64,000 bases of DNA from Veleropilina oligotropha (lineage: Eukaryota), in the NCBI GenBank assembly GCA_048128005.1, contig JBEUKZ010000047.1:496001-560000 (forward strand), written 5' to 3'. The translations under genes were made by a program, and so were the position numbers. Positions 22,639-35,537 of the stretch are shown in pieces. A model generated the notes under the pieces. It did no database searches, was not told the origin of the DNA, and saw only the letters and a list, made by a program, of their open reading frames with translations. Within the stretch, counting starts at the first letter, position 1, and every line of letters starts with the position of its first letter.

Positions 22639-23022
22639 GTGAATACCATGGCCACCTGCCAATTGCAACCAACAGCCGCCAAAATGTCAACGTACAAAAT
22701 CCCGAAAAAACAAGTACCGGTGTCAAACCAACCGCCTGTCTTATGCTTCCAGCCAGGACAGTTGGTAAACATTATGAATCGCAATGGAACGTGTCTTGGA
22801 ACTGGAATTTTCATATCTAATAAAGATAATGTGTTCGCTGAAGTTGTTTTGAAGACAAAATTATCTCAAATGTTGTCTAGTGATCATGATTCAGATGAGT
22901 TGCCACAACCATGCGGTAGTATTTATCACTTCAACCAACTAGAAAATAAACAGTTGTTTACCTGTAAACTTGTTAATATGACCTTCTGGCCGTGGGAAAG
23001 CTGTCCCAATGAAGACTCCTGA
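22639..23022 (+). CDS. 127-aa hypothetical ORF, copy 3
   Basis: Copy of 5893-6276 (W>C change). Confidence 0.35.
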   Translation: MNTMATCQLQPTAAKMSTYKIPKKQVPVSNQPPVLCFQPGQLVNIMNRNGTCLGTGIFISNKDNVFAEVVLKTKLSQMLSSDHDSDELPQPCGSIYHFNQLENKQLFTCKLVNMTFWPWESCPNEDS

Positions 23023-23056
23023 TCAGCCACAGGAACACGCAGTCAAATGATCCTCT

Positions 23057-23485
23057 TTGAATAAAAAAGTACTGGTAACCACATGCACTGCACCATCTAC
23101 AATTAAACCACCGGGCATGCCAGTACAAGTGTGCACCACTAGTACTGATCATGAATTCGAAATTGCATTGATGGAATGGGCGGAAGGCAAATTGTATCTT
23201 GGTGTATTAAGTAAAGATGGAGCAGTTGTTAAAAATTGTCCTAACTATATTGCAAAGATCACCAATGATGACGTAAAGATTTGTTCATCTATAAAATGGA
23301 ACATGCTCTCTCTGAATGCCCAAGACAACCAGAGAAATCCTGATATGAAATATTGTGTGTGGAAATCAGCTGCATCTGGGCCATTGGCAAGTTATACAAA
23401 AGGAGCAAAGGAAATTAGAATCAGTAATGTGGCAGCATTCCTCGCTGAGATGAAGGATCACTTGATAACATATGATGATCAATAG
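23057..23485 (+). CDS. 142-aa hypothetical ORF, copy 3
   Basis: Copy of 6311-6739. Confidence 0.3.
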   Translation: MNKKVLVTTCTAPSTIKPPGMPVQVCTTSTDHEFEIALMEWAEGKLYLGVLSKDGAVVKNCPNYIAKITNDDVKICSSIKWNMLSLNAQDNQRNPDMKYCVWKSAASGPLASYTKGAKEIRISNVAAFLAEMKDHLITYDDQ

Positions 23486-23504
23486 TGATTTATTTCCTCT
23501 GCAG

Positions 23505-23602
23505 GCCAAGAAGATAGAGGAACTGGAGGCAGAGCTGGCCGCGTCCGAGAGGCAGCGACGGGCCACAGAGTCCGAGCTGCAGGATGAGATCGCCAACAGC
23601 AA
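23505..23602 (+). pseudogene. Myosin-tail-like exon, copy 3
   Basis: Copy of 6759-6856. Confidence 0.6.
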
Positions 23603-23854
23603 GTAAGTCAAGAAAAACAGCAAGTTAGTCTAGTACAAGGCTCTCGCTTGACTGCTCTGTCTAGCAGGAGTGAGTTTGAATTCTTGTTTTGGCGCTTTGT
23701 TCAGTAGACAGTCATAGTCGATCATAACTGTCTGGTGACGGCGTATTTCCCAGGTTTTCTTCCCATGACGATATGGACTTGTCCAGGTATGAACTTGAAG
23801 ATTGTTAAGAACGTGATATTTGTATCGAGCGTAACCAAATTCAACAGCTAGTAA

Positions 23855-24541
23855 CCAAACCTAATGGATGTCATGTAGAAACAGGCCAAACCTAATAGAT
23901 GGATGTCACGTAGAAACAGGCCAAACCTAATAGATCGGATGTCATGTAGAAACAAGCCAAACCTAATAGATGGATGTCACGTAGAAACAGGCCAAACCTA
24001 ATAGATGGATGTCATGTAGAAACAGGCCAAACCTAATATATCGGATGTCACATAGATAGAAACAAACCAAACCTAATAGATCGGATGTCACGTAGAAGTT
24101 TACAGGCCAAACCTAATAGATAGATGTCATGTAGAAACAGGCCAAACCTAATAGATCGGATGTCACGTAGAAACAGGCCAAACCTAATAGATGGATGTTA
24201 CGTAGAAACAGGCCAAACCTAATAGATCAGATGTCACGTAGAAACAGGCCAAACCTAATAGATGGATGTCATGTAGAAACAGGCCAAACCTAATAGATCG
24301 GATGTCACATAGAAACAAACCAAACCTAATAGATCGGATGTCACGTAGAAGTTTACAGGCCAAACCTAATAGATAGATGTCATGTAGAAACAGTCCAAAC
24401 CTAATAGATGGGATGTCACGTAGAAGTTTACAGGCCAAACCTAATAGATGGGATGTCACGTAGAAACAGGCCAAACCTAATAGATGGGATGTCACGTAGA
24501 AACCGACCAAACCTAATAGATGGATGTCACGTAGAAACAGG
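23855..24541. repeat. 35-bp minisatellite, copy 3
   Basis: Same unit as 7109-7795. Confidence 0.97.
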
Positions 24542-24739
24542 AGAGAAGTAGCATTCCAGGCATCCTACTTGTGCAAAAGAAAATCAAAATCAATTTAGCA
24601 TAAACCACAATTACAGTAAAATGTCAGACTACATATTCACATTCTAATGATCTGACTAATCATATCTCATCCATTTTTTTATAAGTTTAATATTTTATAG
24701 GATGAATTACTATGCTACTTAGGATTTGTCTTTGATAAG

Positions 24740-25291
24740 ACCCCCGATACCACGGTAGAGGTGGCACCAGGGTTCTACAGCTTCGATTCCCTCGCCAAGA
24801 CGATGAAGAGGTCCCTAGCTAACATGCGGCTCGAGGTAAGCCGTGCTACCGGACTCGCGCAACTCGTCCCAGAGGGGACTCGACTGGCGATAAGCGACGA
24901 TATACGGAAGCTCCTCGGCTTCACCCTTTCAGGGTGGCTACTTATGACTTATGACAAGAACAAGCCTGTCGGGTCGCTGCAATGGCTACGCCCCGGGACT
25001 TATGACGGGAACAAGCCCGTCGGGTTTGCCATAGCAGCGACCCTACACGTTCATCTGGAGAAGCTCGGAACAACACACAATATGAAGGACGGCGCCCCGA
25101 GCAATATTCTCGCGGTGGTCCCTATAACGTCGCAGATGTTCGGTGAGGCTGCCCACTATCATAGCTATCCAGCCTTCCGGCGACTACAGGCGGGGCTACT
25201 CACATAATTGAAGGTGTATGTCACCGACTCAGATGGTAACCCGCTCGACAATCACGGTATGCCTATTTCCGCCGTCCTTGAGATACAATGA
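24740..25291 (+). pseudogene. Truncated penton-like gene with premature stop
   Basis: Copy of 33050-33601 with TAA. Confidence 0.72.
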
Positions 25292-25647
25292 GCAGCATCT
25301 ACGGGACCCCACTCCTGCTTGCAGATGAGCCTTCAGCGACCCAGTGGCACTTTGTTCTTAGTTGTGGGGAAGCGCCCAAGAAGGGGCTGGCGAGGAGGGA
25401 GTTTATGATCCCAAACGCTGGAGGTCGGTTTGGGTTGAACCCAGCCCTTCTAATGATCCACATGACGCCGGTCCAGCTGGCCGGGGGCGCCCCCAAAGCG
25501 TGTTCCATAAATAGACTTGGCCTGGATTCGGACAAGTTGACCCTCGCCTTTGCCATCAAGGCCCCCTGGGTGAACACCCTTTATTTGAACGTTACGGTAG
25601 ACATTCGGAATCAACAGGCTGAACAATACAGCCACGGGGGGGACTAG
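25288..25647 (+). CDS. 119-aa hypothetical protein (copy 4)
   Basis: Copy of 232-591 (P>L change). Confidence 0.55.
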   Translation: MSSIYGTPLLLADEPSATQWHFVLSCGEAPKKGLARREFMIPNAGGRFGLNPALLMIHMTPVQLAGGAPKACSINRLGLDSDKLTLAFAIKAPWVNTLYLNVTVDIRNQQAEQYSHGGD

Positions 25648-26305
25648 GGGGTTTTGAAATAATCTAGGGGGGGGCCCGGGGAGACCGGGGAGGCTCCCAG
25701 CCCTATTTCCGAACTGAGGGGCTCGTAATATATACCCGCAGGGCATTTTAGTAGAATTCGGGGAGGGGGGCCCGGGGGGTCGCCGGGGAGGCTCCCAGCG
25801 CCATCCGAAACTAGGGTAGCTTAGAATAGTCTATTTGGGGGCATTTTATAAGAATGGGCCAGGGGCGCGTCTATCAATTGTATTGTTTAATTTTGCTTCC
25901 TGGTCTCGAAAGAAGGCGGCGCAAAGGCGGTGGGTGCGGTAAACGCAAGGTGGACAGTAAGTACAGCATGCGCAAGGTGGATAGTAAGTGGTCGGGGGGG
26001 GTACGGCATGTTCAAGTTGGATAGTAAGTGGTCGAATAGATACGGCAAGGTTCACAGGGTGGCCATAGCTTTTAACATGGTCAACAGGGTAGCCATAGCT
26101 GTGTGATCGACAAGGTGACCATAGGTGTTTAAAAATAACCTCTTAAAAAAATTTGCTGCAGTTTCGAGAGAAACAGCCATATATATCTATATTTGGAAAA
26201 GACAAACGGAACAGGCCCAATGCCAAATTTTATTTTGTTGAGAATTCCAAGTATTGCACCATAGTATTAATAAACTCAGCGTCACTCTTAACCTGTCCAT
26301 TGCAG

Positions 26306-27227
26306 AGTAGGCATTGAGTTCAGTCTGACCCCAAACGACGTACACGGCCTCCCACCGAACCTGGCGTTCCTGTATGAGTTCACCAACAAAATGATGAAGA
26401 AGGATAAGAACACAGTGTGAGTTCTCTGATGTTTATGGCTACACAGTGTGAATTCTTGGATGTTATGTTTACAAATATATAATTATTTGGGTATTGATTG
26501 CATTGAACTTGTGATTGTATTCATTCAGGATCTTCCATTTTTTTCTCCATTTTGTTTGATTGGCGTCATCGACTGAGCAGTTACCACTCCAGGCATCCTA
26601 CTTGTGCAAAAGAAAATCAAAATCAATTTAGCATAAACCACAATTACAGTAAAATGTCAGACTACATATTCACATTCTAATGATCTGACTAATCATATCT
26701 CATCCATTTTTTATAAGTTGAATATTTTATAGGATGAATTACTATGCTACTTAGGATTTGTCTTTGATAAGTATGGATTTGTCTTTGATAAGTATGCAAA
26801 GAGCGATGGCAGTCCTTAGCAGTGATCCATATGTACGAGAATAGTATTGGTGAATCTAGTACATTAATTGTATGCGTGGCGAAGTCTGCCTATATGTTTT
26901 CGCACAACTCAAAAAGTCTTATCTTGTGTACAGATGTGCCATGGGACGAAGGAGAAGCCTATTTATTTTAACTTCAGGCACTTTGGTTGAATAGGTAAAG
27001 AATTTAACCATTGTATAATGCTTCATTATGTTACTCATGTTAGTTATGTGCTTACCGTGTTTTCTCTGGCAGCGTGAACTACCTGGACAAGCACCAGTCG
27101 GCCCTCTGTGAGGGATGGCAGCTGCTGCAGGGGTATAGAAACCGCCTGGTGCAGGTGAAGCACAAGACCCGCCCGATCATACGAAGGAAGGCGGCGCAAA
27201 GGCGGTGCGTTAAGCGCAAGGTGGACA
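26306..27227 (+). pseudogene. STAG1/2: STAG/SA fragment, copy 4 (exons 26306-26416, 27073-27227)
   Basis: Copy of 1249-2170. Confidence 0.8.
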
Positions 27228-27697
27228 GTAAGTACAGCATGCGCAAGGTAGATAGTAAGTGGTCGGGGGGGGTACGGCATGTTCAAGTTGGATAGTAAGT
27301 GGTCGAATAGATACGGCAAGGTTCACAGGGTTACCATAGCTTTTAACATGGTCCACAGGGTAGCCATAGCTGTTAACATGGTCCACAGGGTAGCCATAGC
27401 TGTTAACATGGTCCACAGGGTTACCATACCTTTTAACATGGTCCACAGGGTAGCCATAGCTGTGTGATCGACAAGGTGACCATAGGTGTTTATACGGTCA
27501 ATAAATCCAAATGCATTCCATTCCTCTAGTTCTTGGGTTTTGGACCGCATATATAATGTAATTATCATTTTTATCCCCCGCCCGAAGGGTAGCGGGGGAT
27601 ATTGTTGTTGCCATGTCCGACCGTACGTCCATAAACAATTTGGTTAAAGTTTCGAATTGAGGGTGTGTAGCTTGCCCATGATACTTTTTGGCATATA

Positions 27698-28931
27698 TCG
27701 GGTGGCCAATAAAAAACTTCCCGAACTTTAAAGGTTAATAACTTTGCAATGAACCACTATATTGTTATGAAACTTCACACAAGTAAAAAATGTAATGTTG
27801 TTAATATATTCTGAAAGATTCAAGTCTCTATATCATATACTTTTTCTGTAGTCGGATAAATATAAACAAACGTCAAAAACGGCAAGGGCTACGTCCAAAA
27901 AGCTGCATAGTTATCTTATATTTACTGAAAGAAGTGATCAATATGGCCTCTATCTGCTTCAAAAACTCCTCTGAGTTTTTTTTCCACCTTGATATCGTAC
28001 TTCTAACCTCTCGAAGACATATTTTGTCCCAGCATTTCTTCAGCCTCTTTTTTAGTTCACATTCATTAAACACATATGTACGCCCTTCGTACACTTTCTC
28101 TGACAGATTATTCCAAATGGAATAGTCCATTGCGTTGAGGCCTGGACTCATCCACTGACTGATCCAAGAAGGCTTGCGTAGACCTACTTGTGTGCGAAGT
28201 TGCCCCATCCTGTTGGAAAACAAAACTTCCATCAGGATAGAGCCGACGGCAATCAGGCAAGAGTCCCTTTTCCAATAGTTTTTGATGTCTTTCACTTTTT
28301 TGGTATCAATAGTGAAGCATCGTTTTTCCATTCCACGATACCCCTGCAGAAACCATATTTTCTTGGTAAACCTTGATGTTTCATGGTACAGTCTTGTGGT
28401 GGATATATCCCATTTCATTCTTCCGTACACCCTAGCGTTTTGGCGGTTACGCGCCACCTCATACGTGAAGTCTTTCTCGTCCGTAAAGACAAGTCTTTTT
28501 GCATCCTGTTTGGAATACCTGCTGTATAACTTTTTGGGGTCTTCCTTTTTTGTTTGACTGTTTTATCCCGCCGTGAAACTTTTACGCGTTTGGAAGATTT
28601 TAATTCCAATTTGTTAGTAATGTTCTGAACTGATGAGCGTGAAATTTCCAGATCTTTGGCAATTTTCTGCTGAGACTTATGAGTCCCTGGCTTGTCCTCT
28701 TGCGACACAATTGCTTCTTCCACGTAAACCTTATTTGTTTCAGTATTTGCGGTTCTTGGCCTTCCACTACCTTGTTTTCTACTGGTTGAACCTGAAGTCC
28801 TTATTCTCTCAATAAGGAGGTTGACTGTTCGCACATTCCACTTTGTATCAGGGAATTCCCTTATAATCCTTGCACCACACCAGCCCTTTTCCTTGAAACA
28901 TGCCTCAATAACTGCTTTATCACTCTGATTA
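27698..28931 (-). mobile_element. Tc1/mariner transposon remnant, copy 4
   Basis: Copy of 2641-3874. Confidence 0.9.
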
Positions 28932-30730
28932 ATTGAATTGAATTGATGTTTAACGACCACGCCGACACTATAATGGTCATAATCGGGTCGGTCAAGTTAA
29001 TTATATAATAGTTTAATATAAAAAGATAAAAGTTGTGATACATATTTAATAATAAAATGAAACAGGTGTGAAAAATAATAAAACGAATCAATATATTTAC
29101 AAGTAAAATAGGCAATGCAAATTTGGATAAAAGCAAATCAATAAAAGGAAAATTAACATGGTATATTTACAGGTTAAAACGATATATATGCAAAGCAATA
29201 AAATTAAAATAAAAACAAGTATAATAATAAAAACAAGATATCATATTTGTGAAATAAAATATAAATTATAACTTGTAAAAAATATTTACTTGTTTTAAAA
29301 ACTCAAATATGTTTTCGAGCTTAGTGAATTTAAATAACTCTTGGAGTGAGTTTACCCTAAAGTGCTTTTGGCGTGCGAGATCCAAATCGACACAATCCAA
29401 TAATATATGTTTAATTGTTAGGGCAGTTGCACAAGGAATACACTCAGGTGGAGGCTCCCCTTTAAGCAAGTAGGAGTGAGTGTAGTATGAATGCCCAATT
29501 CTCAGTCTGGCCAAGACGACCTCCTCTCGCCGAGATGGCCTGCAAGAGGGTCCCCAGTCACCAAGAAGAGGTTGGACAATCTGCAGTTTATTCCTTGTGC
29601 ATTCACTCCAAGAGTGCTGCCAAGTAGAATTTATATATTTGTTTATGCTTTGTTTAAAATCAGTGTGGGGCAATTTGCAGTTTAGTGTGTGGTTAAAATG
29701 CGAGGCTGCCTTGGCAGCTTGGTCAGCCTTCTCATTACCCTGGATACCGATATGGCTCGGTATCCAGCATAAAATAATGTCATTATCCGGTAAAAGGTTA
29801 TTATATTTAATTAAAATATCTATAATAATAGGGTTTCTATTCACCCCCCTCAATGCCTGTAATCTAGAGAGGGAGTCTGAATAGATAATAAAACGCTTGC
29901 TATTACTCATTGATATAAAATTGAGCGCAAGCTCGATTGCCTTCAATTCTGCAGTAAATATAGTCGCACTGCCTGACAGACGGTTTTGAAAACATTGTCT
30001 ACCAGTAACAGCGGCTGCTCCTACTAATTCTGCATCTTTTGAACCATCTGTATATATGCTTGCACGATCTGAATATTTTAAATTGAGATCGTGCACTTTT
30101 AAGAGATAATCTGATGTGTCTGTGTTTGATTTTTTTAGTGAAGTAAGATGTAGGTCAATTTCCGGTAATTTAAGTGTCCATGGTGGAGTATCCGGAATGT
30201 AATTTGTTCTAATTTGAGCTACATGTATGCCAGTGCTTTCTAGTGCAGGTTTTATGCGAATGCCGAATGGTGCAATTTTGTTTGGTTTTGCCAGAAATAA
30301 ATTTTCGTAATTAGGTGTAAATACAGTTTCGAAAGCTGGGTTAGATGGGTGTGATTTTAATTTGATTGCATATTGCAGTGATAATTTTTCACGTCTGTGT
30401 GTAAGAGATGGTTCATTTGCTTCAACATAGAGGCTTTCCATGGGTGATGTGCGGAAAGCCCCTAGTGCAAGTCGAAGCCCTTGGTTATGGATTGGATCAA
30501 GCATGTTAAGATATGAATGGCGAGCAGAGCCATATACTATGCTCCCATAATCAAGTTTTGATCTAATTAATGATCTGTATAGTCGTAATAAAACTGTTTT
30601 ATCAGCACCCCATTCAGTATTAGAAACTACTTTCATTATATTTAAAGCTTTTTTACATTTAGCTTTAATGTATTTTAAATGCGGTATGAAAGACAGTTTT
30701 CGGTCAAATACAAGGCCCAAAAATTTAAAT
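28932..30730 (-). mobile_element. 5'-truncated I/Nimb-like LINE, copy 4
   Basis: Copy of 3875-5673. Confidence 0.95.
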
Positions 30731-30949
30731 AATAAAAAAAAACGCACACGAGATGATCAAAACGCATAGTCAACGGGCACATATGTGGTCAAGATTAGGA
30801 CAACATCTTCAAAACCGAAGAAAATATCTAAAGGACAGGGAAAGCGGAAAGCGATCACAATTCATTGCAACACATTCAGGACCAACTTCTAACCATTCTT
30901 CTGTACTGGTACCTACTCCTGTCCATCAAAGGCCACTAGATCTGATGAA

Positions 30950-31333
30950 GTGAATACCATGGCCACCTGCCAATTGCAACCAACAGCCGCCAAAATGTCA
31001 ACGTACAAAATCCCGAAAAAACAAGTACCGGTGTCAAACCAACCGCCTGTCTTATGCTTCCAGCCAGGACAGTTGGTAAACATTATGAATCGCAATGGAA
31101 CGTGTCTTGGAACTGGAATTTTCATATCTAATAAAGATAATGTGTTCGCTGAAGTTGTTTTGAAGACAAAATTATCTCAAATGTTGTCTAGTGATCATGA
31201 TTCAGATGAGTTGCCACAACCATGCGGTAGTATTTATCACTTCAACCAACTAGAAAATAAACAGTTGTTTACCTGGAAACTTGTTAATATGACCTTCTGG
31301 CCGTGGGAAAGCTGTCCCAATGAAGACTCCTGA
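30950..31333 (+). CDS. 127-aa hypothetical ORF, copy 4
   Basis: Copy of 5893-6276. Confidence 0.35.
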   Translation: MNTMATCQLQPTAAKMSTYKIPKKQVPVSNQPPVLCFQPGQLVNIMNRNGTCLGTGIFISNKDNVFAEVVLKTKLSQMLSSDHDSDELPQPCGSIYHFNQLENKQLFTWKLVNMTFWPWESCPNEDS

Positions 31334-31367
31334 TCAGCCACAGGAACACGCAGTCAAATGATCCTCT

Positions 31368-31796
31368 TTGAATAAAAAAGTACTGGTAACCACATGCACT
31401 GCACCATCTACAATTAAACCACCGGGCATGCCAGTACAAGTGTGCACCACTAGTACTGATCATGAATTCGAAATTGCATTGATGGAATGGGCGGAAGGCA
31501 AATTGTATCTTGGTGTATTAAGTAAAGATGGAGCAGTTGTTAAAAATTGTCCTAACTATATTGCAAAGATCACCAATGATGACGTAAAGATTTGTTCATC
31601 TATAAAATGGAACATGCTCTCTCTGAATGCCCAAGACATCCAGAGAAATCCTGATATGAAATATTATGTGTGGAAATCAGCTGCATCTGGGCCATTGGCA
31701 AGTTATACAAAAGGAGCAAAGGAAATTAGAATCAGTAATGTGGCAGCATTCCTCGCTGAGATGAAGGATCACTTGATAACATATGATGATCAATAG
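31368..31796 (+). CDS. 142-aa hypothetical ORF, copy 4
   Basis: Copy of 6311-6739. Confidence 0.3.
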   Translation: MNKKVLVTTCTAPSTIKPPGMPVQVCTTSTDHEFEIALMEWAEGKLYLGVLSKDGAVVKNCPNYIAKITNDDVKICSSIKWNMLSLNAQDIQRNPDMKYYVWKSAASGPLASYTKGAKEIRISNVAAFLAEMKDHLITYDDQ

Positions 31797-31815
31797 TGAT
31801 TTATTTCCTCTGCAG

Positions 31816-31913
31816 GCCAAGAAGATAGAGGAACTGGAGGCAGAGCTGGCCGCGTCCGAGAGGCAGCGACGGGCCACAGAGTCCGAGCTGCAGGATGAGA
31901 TCGCCAACAGCAA
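31816..31913 (+). pseudogene. Myosin-tail-like exon, copy 4
   Basis: Copy of 6759-6856. Confidence 0.6.
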
Positions 31914-32165
31914 GTAAGTCAAGAAAAACAGCAAGTTAGTCTAGTACAAGGCTCTCGCTTGACTGCTCTGTCTAGCAGGAGTGAGTTTGAATTCTTGTTT
32001 TGGCGCTTTGTTCAGTAGACAGTCATAGTCGATCATAACTGTCTGGTGACGGCGTATTTCCCAGGTTTTCTTCCCATGACGATATGGACTTGTCCAGGTA
32101 TGAACTTGAAGATTGTTAAGAACGTGATATTTGTATCGAGCGTAACCAAATTCAACAGCTAGTAA

Positions 32166-32852
32166 CCAAACCTAATGGATGTCATGTAGAAACAGGCCAA
32201 ACCTAATAGATGGATGTCACGTAGAAACAGGCCAAACCTAATAGATCGGATGTCATGTAGAAACAAGCCAAACCTAATAGATGGATGTCACGTAGAAACA
32301 GGCCAAACCTAATAGATGGATGTCATGTAGAAACAGGCCAAACCTAATATATCGGATGTCACATAGATAGAAACAAACCAAACCTAATAGATCGGATGTC
32401 ACGTAGAAGTTTACAGGCCAAACCTAATAGATAGATGTCATGTAGAAACAGGCCAAACCTAATAGATCGGATGTCACGTAGAAACAGGCCAAACCTAATA
32501 GATGGATGTTACGTAGAAACAGGCCAAACCTAATAGATCGGATGTCACGTAGAAACAGGCCAAACCTAATAGATGGATGTCATGTAGAAACAGGCCAAAC
32601 CTAATAGATCGGATGTCACATAGAAACAAACCAAACCTAATAGATCGGATGTCACGTAGAAGTTTACAGGCCAAACCTAATAGATAGATGTCATGTAGAA
32701 ACAGTCCAAACCTAATAGATGGGATGTCACGTAGAAGTTTACAGGCCAAACCTAATAGATGGGATGTCACGTAGAAACAGGCCAAACCTAATAGATGGGA
32801 TGTCACGTAGAAACCGACCAAACCTAATAGATGGATGTCACGTAGAAACAGG
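32166..32852. repeat. 35-bp minisatellite, copy 4
   Basis: Same unit as 7109-7795. Confidence 0.97.
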
Positions 32853-33049
32853 AGAGAAGTAGCATTCCAGGCATCCTACTTGTGCAAAAGAAAATCAAAA
32901 TCAATTTAGCATAAACCACAATTACAGTAAAATGTCAGACTACATATTCACATTCTAATGATCTGACTAATCATATCTCATCCATTTTTTATAAGTTTAA
33001 TATTTTATAGGATGAATTACTATGCTACTTAGGATTTGTCTTTGATAAG

Positions 33050-33601
33050 ACCCCCGATACCACGGTAGAGGTGGCACCAGGGTTCTACAGCTTCGATTCC
33101 CTCGCCAAGACGATGAAGAGGTCCCTAGCTAACATGCGGCTCGAGGTAAGCCGTGCTACCGGACTCGCGCAACTCGTCCCAGAGGGGACTCGACTGGCGA
33201 TAAGCGACGATATACGGAAGCTCCTCGGCTTCACCCTTTCAGGGTGGCTACTTATGACTTATGACAAGAACAAGCTTGTCGGGTCGCTGCAATGGCTACG
33301 CCCCGGGACTTATGACGGGAACAAGCCCGTCGGGTTTGCCATAGCAGCGACCCTACACGTTCATCTGGAGAAGCTCGGAACAACACACAATATGAAGGAC
33401 GGCGCCCCGAGCAATATTCTCGCGGTGGTCCCTATAACGTCGCAGATGTTCGGTGAGGCTGCCCACTATCATAGCTATCCAGCCTTCCGGCGACTACAGG
33501 CGGGGCTACTCACAGAATTGAAGGTGTATGTCACCGACTCAGATGGTAACCCGCTCGACAATCACGGTATGCCTATTTCCGCCGTCCTTGAGATACAATG
33601 A
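33050..33601 (+). CDS. Polinton/Maverick/adintovirus-like minor capsid (penton) protein, 5'-truncated but stop-free copy (ORF 33071-33601)
   Basis: VAPGFYS (PGYY-like), IRKLLGF, LHVHL..GAPSNILAVVP..FGE..PAFRRL..ELKVYVTDSDGNPLDNHGMPISAVLEI: the motif series of Polinton-type single-jelly-roll pentons; GAA at 33515-33517 where the other copies have TAA. Confidence 0.75.
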   Translation, partial: TPDTTVEVAPGFYSFDSLAKTMKRSLANMRLEVSRATGLAQLVPEGTRLAISDDIRKLLGFTLSGWLLMTYDKNKLVGSLQWLRPGTYDGNKPVGFAIAATLHVHLEKLGTTHNMKDGAPSNILAVVPITSQMFGEAAHYHSYPAFRRLQAGLLTELKVYVTDSDGNPLDNHGMPISAVLEIQ

Positions 33602-33957
33602 GCAGCATCTACGGGACCCCACTCCTGCTTGCAGATGAGCCTTCAGCGACCCAGTGGCACTTTGTTCTTAGTTGTGGGGAAGCGCCCAAGAAGGGGCTGG
33701 CGAGGAGGGAGTTTATGATCCCAAACGCTGGAGGTCGGTTTGGGTTGAACCCAGCCCTTCTAATGATCCACATGACGCCGGTCCAGCCGGCCGGGGGCGC
33801 CCCCAAAGCGTGTTCCATAAATAGACTTGGCCTGGATTCGGACAAGTTGACCCTCGCCTTTGCCATCAAGGCCCCCTGGGTGAACACCCTTTATTTGAAC
33901 GTTACGGTAGACATTCGGAATCAACAGGCTGAACAATACAGCCACGGGGGGGACTAG
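33598..33957 (+). CDS. 119-aa hypothetical protein (copy 5)
   Basis: ATGA overlap with the penton stop at 33598-33601. Confidence 0.55.
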   Translation: MSSIYGTPLLLADEPSATQWHFVLSCGEAPKKGLARREFMIPNAGGRFGLNPALLMIHMTPVQPAGGAPKACSINRLGLDSDKLTLAFAIKAPWVNTLYLNVTVDIRNQQAEQYSHGGD

Positions 33958-34615
33958 GGGGTTTTGAAATAATCTAGGGGGGGCCCGGGGAGACCGGGGA
34001 GGCTCCCAGCCCTATTTCCGAACTGAGGGGCTCGTAATATATACCCGCAGGGCATTTTAGTAGAATTCGGGGAGGGGGGCCCGGGGGGTCGCCGGGGAGG
34101 CTCCCAGCGCCATCCGAAACTAGGGTAGCTTAGAATAGTCTATTTGGGGGCATTTTATAAGAATGGGCCAGGGGCGCGTCTATCAATTGTATTGTTTAAT
34201 TTTGCTTCCTGGTCTCGAAAGAAGGCGGCGCAAAGGCGGTGGGTGCGGTAAACGCAAGGTGGACAGTAAGTACAGCATGCGCAAGGTGGATAGTAAGTGG
34301 TCGGGGGGGGGTACGGCATGTTCAAGTTGGATAGTAAGTGGTCGAATAGATACGGCAAGGTTCACAGGGTGGCCATAGCTTTTAACATGGTCAACAGGGT
34401 AGCCATAGCTGTGTGATCGACAAGGTGACCATAGGTGTTTAAAAATAACCTCTTAAAAAAATTTGCTGCAGTTTCGAGAGAAACAGCCATATATATCTAT
34501 ATTTGGAAAAGACAAACGGAACAGGCCCAATGCCAAATTTTATTTTGTTGAGAATTCCAAGTATTGCACCATAGTATTAATAAACTCAGCGTCACTCTTA
34601 ACCTGTCCATTGCAG

Positions 34616-35537
34616 AGTAGGCATCGAGTTCAGTCTGACCCCAAACGACGTACACGGCCTCCCACCGAACCTGGCGTTCCTGTACGAGTTCACCAACAAA
34701 ATGATGAAGAAGGATAAGAACACAGTGTGAGTTCTCTGATGTTTATGGCTACACAGTGTGAATTCTTGGATGTTATGTTTACAAATATATAATTATTTGG
34801 GTATTGATTGCATTGAACTTGTGATTGTATTCATTCAGGATCTTCCATTTTTTTCTCCATTTTGTTTGATTGGCGTCATCGACTGAGCAGTTACCACTCC
34901 AGGCATCCTACTTGTGCAAAAGAAAATCAAAATCAATTTAGCATAAACCACAATTACAGTAAAATGTCAGACTACATATTCACATTCTAATGATCTGACT
35001 AATCATATCTCATCCATTTTTTATAAGTTGAATATTTTATAGGATGAATTACTATGCTACTTAGGATTTGTCTTTGATAAGTATGGATTTGTCTTTGATA
35101 AGTATGCAAAGAGCGATGGCAGTCCTTAGCAGTGATCCATATGTACGAGAATAGTATTGGTGAATCTAGTACATTAATTGTATGCGTGGCGAAGTCTGCC
35201 TATATGTTTTTGCACAACTCAAAAAGTCTTATCTTGTGTACAGATGTGCCATGGGACGAAGGAGAAGCCTATTTATTTTAACTTCAGGCACTTTGGTTGA
35301 ATAGGTAAAGAATTTAACCATTGTATAATGCTTCATTATGTTACTCATGTTAGTTATGTGCTTACCGTGTTTTCTCTGGCAGCGTGAACTACCTGGACAA
35401 GCACCAGTCGGCCCTCTGTGAGGGATGGCAGCTGCTGCAGGGGTATAGAAACCGCCTGGTGCAGGTGAAGCACAAGACCCGCCCGATCATACGAAGGAAG
35501 GCGGCGCAAAGGCGGTGCGTTAAGCGCAAGGTGGACA
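34616..35537 (+). pseudogene. STAG1/2: STAG/SA fragment, copy 5 (exons 34616-34726, 35383-35537)
   Basis: Copy of 1249-2170; synonymous ATC and TAC variants in the STAG frame. Confidence 0.8.
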
